A stretch of 64,000 bases of DNA from Schmidtea polychroa (Eukaryota), in contig CM097885.1 of the NCBI GenBank assembly GCA_044892525.1, positions 42,596,001-42,660,000 of the forward strand, read 5' to 3'. This document shows positions 32,068 to 42,640 of this stretch, one piece after another (positions within the stretch are counted from its first letter, which is position 1; every line of letters starts with the position of its first letter). The position numbers and the translations under genes were made by a program. The notes beneath the pieces were generated by a model. The model worked only from the letters and a program-made list of their open reading frames with translations, was not told the origin of the DNA and did not search any database.

Positions 32068-32560
32068 AGTAGGGTAATGTGTGGAGCCGGGAACAAAGAA
32101 CTATTATGTAATCGATGACGTCACAAAGGAAATTACGTCATACCCCCGGGGGAGGGGGTATTTTTTAAAAATTTTTTAAAAATATATTACGTTGCGGTAT
32201 TTTAAAATTAAAAATTTTATTTTGACGGTTAAGTAGACAAAATAAAATTATTATTACACACAATGTATATATAGTCTATCCTACAAGATATTCTGTCCCC
32301 CTATGGTCACACACACACAATGTATAAAAATATTATTAGTGTCCACACATGCAACAAGTTAGTGTTCTCATCGATAGCTCATCTTAAAGTCTAGTATAAG
32401 ATTTATCTATTATTATTATTAATCTATATACTCCGAGTCTATCCGACAAAATATTTTGTCCCCCCTATGGGTACTGCTCACAAGGGTACTGGTCACGCTC
32501 AACAACTCGCAAGGGTACAATGATATTATTAAACAATATAATAAAACACATATTTTCTAA

Positions 32561-32650
<90 letters not shown>

Positions 32651-32797
32651 GTCCTAGTCTATCCGACAAGATATTCTGTCCCCCCTATGGGTACTGCTCA
32701 CAAAGGTAAAGGTCACAAATGTACTGCTAAAAATATTCAAGACAAAACTTTAACAAAGATATTATACTTTAAATATACACTAAAATTTATTAACACA
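32068..32797 (+). repeat. Left terminal inverted repeat of the Polinton (~730 bp)
   Basis: Reverse complement of 44129-44978, with few substitutions and a repeat-number difference. Confidence 0.95.
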
Positions 32798-32961
32798 CTG
32801 GCTAAAGGCCACAAAGGTAACTAATGTACTGTTAAAAATATTCAAAACAAAACTTTAACATATTATTATTACACACAATGTATAAAAAATTGTTCACAAA
32901 GTTACTGTTAAAAATATTCAAGACAATAAGATCAATACATTTATTAAATAATTTAACCACA

Positions 32962-35900
32962 TCATCGAAAATAATTATGTCCAAAATAATTATCATCTGC
33001 TGGATCATGGAAATCATCTGTATCATCTGCTGAGATAGCTTCCGTTGAATCTATAAATATATCGGTGTCACTGCCCCTATAATGGCCATATGCCAAACTT
33101 TGATTTTTATCCATCCAAAGATCGTCCAGTTTGTCGTGAATTGACGTCGGTATTTCTAAATCCACTTCTATGGTATAACCATAATCAAGCAGATCTAAAT
33201 CTACCGTTGTGCATTCAACAATTATATTATTTAATAAATTATCATCAGTAACCCATTCAAAGTCACTGCAAGGTAATGGTTGACTTAAAGCCCAACCGTA
33301 TAAATTATTTATATCTATGTAAAGCAAAGCGGTATCCGGGTCTGTTTTTACATAATGTTTATTTACAAAAGTTAGTCCGCCACGGATACCGCCCTCGAAA
33401 AAGTTATACATCTCCATATCGGTGAGGAGCTCAATTGGAGAGTTTAAAGTTAATGAGGCTGAATTCCAAGACATACCTGGAATCCATAAGAAATTTAATG
33501 GCTCTAGTCGGTTATGAGCAATGGACTTAGCTCTAAATTGCTGGAAAAAATCGGCTAAAAGGAAAACATCAAGTTTTAAATAAACCATCATGTAATCGAA
33601 AAGTGAAGTACATGAAGTTTCAACCCAAATTCGCTAAGCTGTCTCATATTCAGCGGGAGACACATCTTTCCAAATAGGAGGTAACTGACGAGTGTTATGT
33701 AAAACCTCTAATGAAGTTGCGGCATCATAAGGAAAATTCCTTTGCAGTTATTATTGTACCCTGAAATTCTGATTCGGTCAAGGGTAAAGATGATAAAGTT
33801 TTGACAGCATTATTTAAAGACTCGCTGACAAATTGATAAGAGTCTATAAATTTAACAGTTAATGAGTCAATCCTAGCAAAAAGACTAAGGAATTTCTCGC
33901 TGATTAAAGGAATACAACTAATATTCCATGAATGATATTTTGAAAGGCCAAATTTCAAGATATGATGCAGATCATAACCCTTTAAATTATGAAATACTAC
34001 AGGAAGGGTATGTCTAATTTGCCTCGACAGATTACAAGTTGTACAAGCGGCACCAAGATATAGACCGGTAAAATGATCATGGTCCCTAATTGGACTAACT
34101 AAAGGCTTATTGCACAAATAACATGATGTGCTGTTTTCAAACATTAATTGTTGCTCATCTGTAATTATCATTTTCTTTTGATAATTTTTATAATAATAAG
34201 GAGTTACAATATATTTCCCTATCATTTCAATTTCAGTAAGAAATTGATCGACACAATCTAAACCGGTGAACGACTTATAAATTTTTACGCCCGTAAAATT
34301 ATTAATAAAAAGCATACCGGCAGAAATAGGCAGATGACGTTGAAAGTAGCGAGTGTCTTTAGGTAAGATAGCCTCAAAGTCAGCGTAAATAACAAAGGGA
34401 GGAGTAACTGTTTTACTCCAATCAGTAAATTCTAAATATTTATTTTTAGGCAATGTGTACAAGGTAGTACCAAGCTGATTTTTATCGCAAAGACCTTTAT
34501 GTCTATTAAAAGCGTCATCATTTCTAAAACCGTTTAAACATCCAGGGCACCACTGACTACAAATCCTAACAGGGGTGATTGAACTATTCCTACAATTAAG
34601 GAATCTATTTAGGTCTGTGATTCCAAGATAATGATAATTATCATTCTTTTCAATTAATAATAAATTGATAGGTATGGCTCCTACTATCTTACTCCTATAT
34701 ATTATATCAATAAAGGGATGTTTCATAACTGCATCTTCATCGGAAATGTCAATCAAAGCCTTTTCGTTATAAGTAAGAACATTAATACTATAACCTGGAT
34801 TTTGTTGTTCAAATTTACTTATATTTGATAGTTTCATCGGCATATCATTAGGATTAAATTTAATTTCAGAAAGATTGTAGGAATTAGGGCGATTTCTATA
34901 TTGCCTATTTATACTGTCATATTTAATAATTGACAAGAAACTATACAAAAAGCAGAAGTGGTCATTATTAACTACATTAACGAGACAGCTTAAGTTTCTT
35001 AAAGATTTTGGGGTTTCAATAAAACTTCTACCACTTAACCGACTTATTTCAGCAAATTTAGTCAGAACAAAGCTTATGTACTCTATTTTATTGATAGTCC
35101 AATTACTACCTTTCTCATTAATTTTAATTATTTTTTCATTTAAACGAGCAATACCTTCGTCAATGAATGTATCGCTCCAAACTCGGGCGGAATTCGAGAT
35201 AACAAAAGATTGTAACTCATCATCTTTTATAAATTCCACCTTTAGACAAAATTGAATTTTACATGATTTTAATTTATTTACATATAAATTTAATTTATTT
35301 ATTAAAATGTCTGGTACAGAGACCGTTTTTAAATCTAAAGACGAAACGTCCATTTTTAATATAATATGATTATTATTTAAATCACTGGTGACATCTACGA
35401 CACCATAACCTATTTGATTAATATTATTACCATTATTATAATAAATATTACTACTACTACTATTATTATTATTATCAATTTCATCATCACTTATGTTGAT
35501 TATTTCATCATCATCACTTATTGTGATTACATCAATAACTTTAGATTTTTTACTTGGTATTGAATTTATTTTTTCATTATTTTTTCTTTTATTCATATTA
35601 ATTAGATTATTTATTTGATCATTTAATTTATTTACTTGATCTTTTAGATTATTTATTTCGTTTATATCATTATTATTGGTGTTGTTAGTATTAGTGTTGT
35701 TGATATTATTATTATTATTATTGATATTATTATTGTTGTCGATATTATTATTATTATTGATATTAATATTATTATTGTTGATATTACTATTATTGTTGTT
35801 GTTGATATTATTATTATTATTATTGTTAACAAACGATTCATATAAGCTATAGAAAAGAGATTTCTTAGAAGGTTTAAATTGTTGGAGATGGAGTCTATGC

Positions 35901-36057
35901 TTATTATAAAATTCCTTATACGTTATAACTTCAATAACCTCACATTTAGGGCATAGGATGTAGGTGACACCGTTATATTTATGACTATAATATCTTTCCA
36001 TTATATCATCGCAGTCATTATGATATTGACTATTACAAAAGTTTTGGTATTTCAAAC
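32962..36057 (-). pseudogene. Protein-primed family B DNA polymerase (pPolB), HNH/Endo VII-insert type; frameshifted with the palm deleted
   Basis: vOTU-like NDHFCFLYS...HY, ExoI YADFEA, Endo VII-like CYLC...RDHDHFTG...CTTCN, ExoII FHNLKGYD, KGIFPY (frameshift ~33735), GIRGG and motif A YIDINNLYG. It then jumps to the C-terminal LAYGHY at ~33118, with motifs B and C missing. The 5' end has a CATAG| acceptor instead of an ATG. Confidence 0.95.
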
Positions 36058-36675
36058 CTATGAAAATATTTTTATCATAAAATGTTTAAAAAATGTTAAG
36101 ATAATTTTAATAATCATTTTCAAAGTTTAAGATATTTTTCGTAAGATATTATTCAAAATTGTCTTTTAAATAGTATCTTATAAAAAATATTATAAAAAAT
36201 ATTATAAAATGTATAATTTAATTCATTTTCATAAATAAATAATTCATTTTCTAAAATAGGTTTTATTTTCATAAATAATTAAAATAAATTATGATTCCAA
36301 ATAATATACAAAAGTTATTAATTATAATGTTCAAAATCATCATATTTAATAAATCATATTTTCATTATTTTTTCTTTTATTCATATTAATTAGATTATTT
36401 ATTTGATCATTTAATTTATTTACTTGATCTTTTAGATTATTTATTTCGTTTATATCATTATTATTATGATTCCAAATAATATACAAAAGTTATTAATTAT
36501 AATGTTCAAAATCATCATATTTAATAAATCATATTTTCATTATTTTGAACATGTAATAGTATTACATAATATTTTTAAACATAATATTTAACAAATAATA
36601 TTTTAAACATAAAATAATAATATTTTACAAATAATTAAAATAGTCAACAAATAAAAATCATACAGTATACATTTA

Positions 36676-37023
36676 TTAACCATCAATTTTTTTATACAAC
36701 AACCATGCCAAACAGTGTTGACCACATGTTTGAGTCAATGGATTTTGAAACATAGTTTTATTATATACAATAGGTTTCCAAATTGTTTGAAGTTTTGATA
36801 TCAACAAAGCAGGATAATAGAAACCCATAGGATCGAATACGAATATATTACTAGGTTTCACATATATAGCTATCCAATGTTCTCCACCAAGATGAGACGA
36901 ATGAGTAATGACAATTATGGCTTGATTATTGCTCAAATATGGAATTTTATCGAGAGGAAAAACTCCTACAAATTCATTTCCTAATATTTGTTTTCCAATT
37001 CGATTAACCTGAACAGAACTACT
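36676..37023 (-). CDS. Adenain-like cysteine protease (virion maturation protease); start damaged or unresolved
   Basis: FVGVFPLDKIP, GEHWIAIY (His), FDPMG (Asp) and QNPLTQTCGQHC (Gln/Cys). The frame is open from 37023 but has no ATG. Confidence 0.9.
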   Translation of the reverse strand, partial: SSSVQVNRIGKQILGNEFVGVFPLDKIPYLSNNQAIIVITHSSHLGGEHWIAIYVKPSNIFVFDPMGFYYPALLISKLQTIWKPIVYNKTMFQNPLTQTCGQHCLAWLLYKKIDG

Positions 37024-37087
37024 TTAATAAATCCTGAGTAAAAAAAACAACTTACTCCATGACAACTTTTTGTGTTTCTGTATACAT

Positions 37088-38291
37088 TTATACTAGCACG
37101 GTTCTATTTGTAGTAATTTGAACTTCATTTTAAAATACTCCATATATTATAACATGTACCGGTTCTGTAATGGCCTTTGCAAACTTAATATCCAGTCGTA
37201 AATTCCCGTTTTGTGGTAGTTGACTCTGATTTAAATCAAAATCAGGAGCTAAAACAAATGTGAAAAATGGATATTTGCTTTTAAATTCTTCTAGAGTAAT
37301 TCCACAATTCAAGTTTTTATCTAAATAACCCAGATTTCTAAGAATACTCTGCATATATGTTGCACAGTAATTATCGCTTATCTCTATAATCAGTATTTTT
37401 CGATAAAGTCAATGAAGTAACACCAAAATTTTTGAAAATTGAGCTGGAAGCAGTATAAGATCCATTATATTGCGTTTCACTTTGAAATGTTACCAGAATA
37501 AAATTAGGCATTCTTCTGTCACCAAATATTTGTTCTTTATAGAATGATGAAGCACCTTTAGCAATAGCAAATTGTACAATTTCCTTTGTTTTTAAAGGAT
37601 AAATTGCATGTTTTGAATAAAGACCTAATTGATGACCAGCTAATACTGACGGGTCTACTCGAACTCTTCTCACCAATAATTTTGCATCAACTAATTGGCA
37701 TATTGGTGCACCAGTTGCACTAGTAAAAGATAATGCAGAATCGGATCTTTTCAATCTAATGTGTACATTAACTCCTGGTAGCAAATATTTCGGTTGATCC
37801 ATAAAATCGAGTTGTAATGATGAGCACATTGTGAATGATTTTGAGCCTTTAACCCACTTTTTTCTTTCATCATCTGTTGCTGCATAACCCATAGGTGTAA
37901 GACAGGTATTTTTAGTATCAGAATTGTAATTTAAAATAGTTTCTATCAAAGCCTTGTGAATGAATGTATTATTTCCGCCCTCAATCTTAATATTATTAAA
38001 TCCCAACACTGCATCTTTAAACAGAGTATGAAACAGGAAATTGTTTGGTAATACATCAGCATTGGCATCCAAAACCTTTCTATCTTTATCTACAACCTTG
38101 ATCTGAACAGTCAATAAAGTATCGTTCAAATCTAAATATTCAGTTTGCGAACCATTAATATAAAACTCGATATCATTTATACTATCAGTAATTGAATTCA
38201 TAGGAAAAACTTCCTCAAAGGCCCCAAATTCGATTACCGCTTGAGGCGATGGTCTATCAAATATACATAATTCGGATTTACCACAAATCAT
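37088..38291 (-). pseudogene. Major capsid protein (double jelly-roll, Polinton PY), with a frameshift at ~37375 and a premature stop at 37130
   Basis: KSELCIFD, IEFYING..EYLDLNDTLL, NNFLFHTLF, DFMDQPKYLLPGV, GNLRLDIKFA, VIIYGVF*NEVQITTNR. Confidence 0.9.
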
Positions 38292-38650
38292 TTTGCAAAT
38301 ATAGTTCCATGTCCTTTCATTCGTTTGTTTATACGCGATATTCCATGTCCTTTACGTTTTTGAGCTGGGGATGGAGCCGAATCTTTTTGAAACATACCAG
38401 CAACTCCTGGTAGAACCTTCCCTAACTCAGCTAAAGCATTTGTTTTTAGGGATGGTAATATTTTCTGTTCATTCATAATCACGTCTTTAGCAGTTTTCAT
38501 ACCAAAACTACCAATACGTTTAAGAATAGGAAGTGCAAATCTCCCTATTGTTTTTAACCAACCTGATCCGTACTGTTTACCAATAAAATATGGTAATTCA
38601 CCGCCAGATTGGCTATCACTATACATACTAATAATATCGGAATTAGCCAT
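38288..38650 (-). CDS. Small basic virion core / membrane-lytic protein (adenovirus pVI-like or cupiennin-like)
   Basis: QSGG and QYGSG putative protease sites, followed by the amphipathic GWLKTIGRFALPILKRIG helix and a basic C-terminus. Lies between mCP and MCP. Confidence 0.75.
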   Translation of the reverse strand: MANSDIISMYSDSQSGGELPYFIGKQYGSGWLKTIGRFALPILKRIGSFGMKTAKDVIMNEQKILPSLKTNALAELGKVLPGVAGMFQKDSAPSPAQKRKGHGISRINKRMKGHGTIFAK

Positions 38651-39659
38651 CTACTTTACGAAAAGGTAGTGTCAAATGAGTTTTTGAGTCTTTTGGGAAG
38701 TTTATAAGTTTTCCACTATCGTCACGAATATTTATTTCTATATTGTTTATACATGAGCTTGCAATTGGTAAATACATGGGATTATCTATATTTATATTGA
38801 CAACTTCATCATGTTCATAATTTCGAATCCACACCGATTTGAATAGAGGAACACTGGAATCACCAACAATTATAGGCTCAATAATATTAGTATATATGAA
38901 AATTTGTTGATGATGTTCAAGTATTCTTGGTTTACGTATACCAGTCGATTTTTCCCGATATTGCTGCTTCTCTAATCCAAGTGTATTTGTCAAATTTTTA
39001 TCAAATGTAACTTCGCATATATCATCATTCAAACTGAATGTAAATAATAAATCTTTCACAATGTCCAAACTTTTAAATATATGTGAACAATTGTACTTTA
39101 AATATTTAAGTAACACATCAAGTTTATCAATATATAATTCGTCAGCGAATGTGAATGATTCTTCAACTTCATTATTATACGACACCGATATTTTGATTTC
39201 TTCTCTCATTACACTGTTTGCTTCAAATAGATCAAAGCGTAATAAATATTCTGTTTCCATAACTTCATTTTTCAACTTATTACAGCCCATTCGTCTGGCA
39301 TCTTCAATATATTCGAATGTTATTGTAAAAGGTTTAAAATCACAACTGATATTTAATCCATCCTTGTAAAACATAGAGCAATGCGGATCTAATATTTGAT
39401 TCGGAATATGATATGTTTTATCATAATTACTGATAATAAAGATACCACTACATGTTTTCATAGCATTCCTTTTGAAATCAATCTTACATTGACTATAAAA
39501 TGGGAATGTATTGTACACGAATGTAAAATCTTGCAGTGCAACTTCCCAGTCACCATTTAAAGAAATCGGATTCTGGAGATTGACCATGAATTTACTGGCT
39601 TGATTATCTGGATGAATAAGCGGGCAACTATTGCTTGGTAAAATAGTATAAAAATTCAC
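38643..39659 (-). CDS. Minor capsid protein (penton, Polinton PX)
   Basis: FYTILPSNS...F.VNL..PI.L.GDWEVAL at the N-terminus; IFIYTNII...VGD...PL...YLP...IEINIRD..GKLI.F at the C-terminus. The start is GTG overlapping the integrase stop, or ATG at 39710. Confidence 0.9.
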   Translation of the reverse strand: MNFYTILPSNSCPLIHPDNQASKFMVNLQNPISLNGDWEVALQDFTFVYNTFPFYSQCKIDFKRNAMKTCSGIFIISNYDKTYHIPNQILDPHCSMFYKDGLNISCDFKPFTITFEYIEDARRMGCNKLKNEVMETEYLLRFDLFEANSVMREEIKISVSYNNEVEESFTFADELYIDKLDVLLKYLKYNCSHIFKSLDIVKDLLFTFSLNDDICEVTFDKNLTNTLGLEKQQYREKSTGIRKPRILEHHQQIFIYTNIIEPIIVGDSSVPLFKSVWIRNYEHDEVVNINIDNPMYLPIASSCINNIEINIRDDSGKLINFPKDSKTHLTLPFRKVDG

Positions 39660-40283
39660 TTTACTAGATCCTTTTCTGATATCCATGATGGGTTTTGATA
39701 ACCATGCCATTTGACATAGTATTGTTTATCCTTGCCAACCTTTTTAGTTTTCAATATCTTCTGAATTCTAAATACTTTTGGGGGAGGAATAACTTGTAAT
39801 TCCTGCTCATAAAATTTTCCTTGTACAATATTGTTATCATTGTCTTTGATGACATACATTACAGGATTCTGTTTAGTATTTATTTTTGAAATTACAAATA
39901 CTTCATCACTCCAATTTGTATCAAAACTTTTAATAAATGGTGATGCACTAATTTTACTAATTCTAACATGGTCACCGACTTTATATTTCGGTTTTGTAAT
40001 TTTTACAGGTTTTTTAGAATAGATTGTTTTTGACGTGATATCAATCGGCCTTAATCGATTCAGTCCTCGATGTGATGAATGATTATAACTTGTTATTATT
40101 TTCGGTAAAGCATTTACCCATTTTTTATTACCTTGATGCACGAATAATTTCTTTAATCTATCTCTCAATGTTCTGTTAAATCTTTCAACATGAGCAGCTT
40201 TGTATTGAGAATGTACCGAGTAATGGTTTATTTTCAAGTTGTTGAGGATTTGCTTGACTTTACTGTTGTAGAATTCTTTACCT

Positions 40284-40359
<76 letters not shown>

Positions 40360-40804
40360 CTAAATCTGTTTGCAAGTTATTAGGATGTCCATCTTTAAAT
40401 AAATCATTAACAGCTTTAGACATTTCATCTGCAGATTTTGCCTTGACGGGTATTGCTCGGGCAAACCGACTGAATACATCAATACATGTTAAAATATATT
40501 TATACCCATTGTTAATTTTCGAATAAGGTATCATCTCCATCAAATCCATTTGCCATAAATCATTTATTCCATATGTTTTATATACTCTTGTTGGAAATCG
40601 TTTCTGCATTGGTTTGTTCAAACTGTACGCAAGCTGGTCTGATAACCACTTCTGGGTTTCCTTTTTCGAATTCGGAACTCTTTTGTTTAATTTTGCCACT
40701 CCACCAAAACCGGCTTCGTCTTCCGGGTTCGTCCAAATCTTCTCCATTACAGCAAGAAGATTTAATATTAAATTTAATTTTGGTAATGAAGGATTAGCAC
40801 CCAT
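39656..40804 (-). CDS. RVE (retroviral-like) integrase with C-terminal chromodomain; intron at 40282-40359
   Basis: WQMDL (D), CIDVFSR, QTDLG^KEF (D), AAHVERFNRTLR (E), YN..H, and YYVKWHGY chromodomain. Confidence 0.95.
40282..40359 (-). other. 78-nt spliceosomal intron composed of (ATT)n microsatellite
   Basis: TTAG|GTATTATT...ATTATAG|GTAAAGAA. Removal restores the conserved TDLGKEF motif. Confidence 0.85.
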
Positions 40805-40807
40805 TGT

Positions 40808-41302
40808 TTATGATCGACTTCCTATTATTCCACCTAATAATGATATTGCTAAAGGTATCAATGCACCGATAAATCCCCCTTGTTGTTTATATATAATTTT
40901 TCTCATTTGTTGACGATTTTTATTATTTACTAATGATAGTAAAGGTTTCCTATGTTTACTCAATAATTGCTTTTTAGATTTACTGATTTTAATCTTGCCT
41001 TTGACTACTTTAAGTATAATATCGAGTAAATCATCGACAACATAATTTGGAAATGATTGCAAAATACTGTTTCTTTTCATACTTGGTGCCTTTAACAATG
41101 TATTGAAAAACGGGAAACTCCGATGATTTTTAACAACTTTTACTGTCTTAGTGGTTTTACTTTTAGGTTTAGGTTTAGGATTTTTTGAAATAAGATTCAT
41201 TGCAGGAAAATTCTCTGTAATAAGTTCTTTAGATGGAGTATAACTAGTTGTTGGTGGAACTTTTGGTTGTTTTTTACTCGATATCCTTGTTTTTGAAAAC
41301 AT
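40808..41302 (-). CDS. Basic core protein with an adenovirus pX-like C-terminus
   Basis: Lys-rich; ends KQQGG-FIGALIPLAISLLGG, compare adenovirus pX MRGG-ILPLLIPLIAAAIG. Confidence 0.75.
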   Translation of the reverse strand: MFSKTRISSKKQPKVPPTTSYTPSKELITENFPAMNLISKNPKPKPKSKTTKTVKVVKNHRSFPFFNTLLKAPSMKRNSILQSFPNYVVDDLLDIILKVVKGKIKISKSKKQLLSKHRKPLLSLVNNKNRQQMRKIIYKQQGGFIGALIPLAISLLGGIIGSRS

Positions 41303-41954
41303 GATTTATATGTTTTGAACTTTGTTTTGAACTTTGTTTATAAACCATGGCACCTTTTGGGTTGAAAATATCTGTTTTTACCCGTATATCATCAGGACAT
41401 TGTTGTTTGAAATCGAGAAATATATACCCATGTGGTATTTTCGTAGCATCTTGAAATGCATTGATAAGAAAATTACGGTTATTAGGGTATGCTTGTCGTT
41501 CAAGAAAATCAATGACAGTTGCATCTCTAGGATTCTTGAAAATAACTAAATATTGTACATTTAAATTACGTGTTCGATGTGCTCCACCTTGATGAAATAG
41601 ATTTTGTGTTATGAAAATAACTGTTACACCAACATGTCTGCTGATTTTTGTGAATAAATTATTAAAATCCTTTTCTTTATTGGCTTCTTGATACAAATCA
41701 TCGATAATGATGACATCATCTTTCTTCAAACGACCTGACCAGTTTTTATCAAAACCCTTTACTATTTTCATGTTTTTCAATTGACAGAAACTTGATTACG
41801 TCAATCCATGTTCTTCATCGGCGCCCCTATGCCAATAAATATTGTTGAATTTTGTTTTGAACAAATTAGATTTTAGTAATTTACAAACAAATAATGTTTT
41901 TCCACTACCACTCGGACCAACGATTTGGTATACTGCATCATTTCGTAATTCCAT
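41274..41954 (-). pseudogene. A32/FtsK-HerA-family genome packaging ATPase with one premature stop (41796-41798)
   Basis: MELRNDAVYQIVGPSGSGKT (Walker A), IIIDD (Walker B), SRH, ITQNLF, FKNPRD and GYIFLD, all in one frame. Confidence 0.93.
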
Positions 41955-42058
41955 TTTTTAAATTTAAACTATATAATTATTGTTTATATTGATAATTTAA
42001 ATGAACTCCGTTTTAAAATAACTATATATAACAGAGTTTTTATAATTATTTCATTAAA

Positions 42059-42523
42059 ATGCTTTCAAATATAATTTACAGGGCAAAAGCTGATGTATCA
42101 AAAATGATATTTCCAATTGGGAAACCACAACAACTCATCAATAGAAGTAAAAAATATCCAATAATATATTTCAAAACTGGTAAATGTAGAATTATGGGGT
42201 GTAAGGAAATAATCAAAGCTAGTGAATATAATGTTTATGATTTAGAAATACAATCGATAACCGTAACTTCCGATATAGGTTTTTCTTGTAATTTAAATAA
42301 ATTGGCTAAATTAATACCATGCTTTTACGAACCAGAATTATTTCCAGCTTTGAGATATATAAAATATAACCCTATGTGTGTAAATATATTCGCTAGCGGT
42401 AAGATAGTAATTCTTGGAATAAAAAATATTGATTACAAATGTATAGTTGATAATATCATATCTGAAATTAAATCAATAATTGAAGGAAAAGAATTTTTAG
42501 ATTTTTTATTATCACTTAATTAA
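42059..42523 (+). CDS. TATA-binding protein (TBP)-like protein encoded by the Polinton
   Basis: Two TBP-like repeats: LSNII...IYFKTGKCRIMGCK and IQSITVTSDIGFSCNL..LA...YEPELFPALRY...VNIFASGKIVILG. Compare TBP IQNxVGSCDVKFPIRLEGL...YEPELFPGLIY...LIFVSGKVVLTG. Confidence 0.88.
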   Translation: MLSNIIYRAKADVSKMIFPIGKPQQLINRSKKYPIIYFKTGKCRIMGCKEIIKASEYNVYDLEIQSITVTSDIGFSCNLNKLAKLIPCFYEPELFPALRYIKYNPMCVNIFASGKIVILGIKNIDYKCIVDNIISEIKSIIEGKEFLDFLLSLN

Positions 42524-42640
42524 TTATTTATCATTGCAAATTCAATGCAATTGATATGCATGATTCTGATTGGTCGAAATCTAATTGGATGATGATTATT
42601 TATAACAAAATGTTTTCGGTTTAGTTATCATTTTTAAACC

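Noticed and set aside
37024..37087. Spliced first exon for the protease (ATG...GA|GTAAGT...CAG)
   Set aside because: The strong GTAAGT donor does not give an in-frame product with either nearby CAG acceptor, so the start is left unresolved.
40282..40359. Poly-Ile transmembrane segment in the integrase
   Set aside because: Bounded by GT/AG and splits a conserved catalytic motif; better explained as an intron.
42059..42523. Host TBP/TRF gene
   Set aside because: Too diverged and short, intronless, inside the TIRs, and syntenic in a second Polinton.
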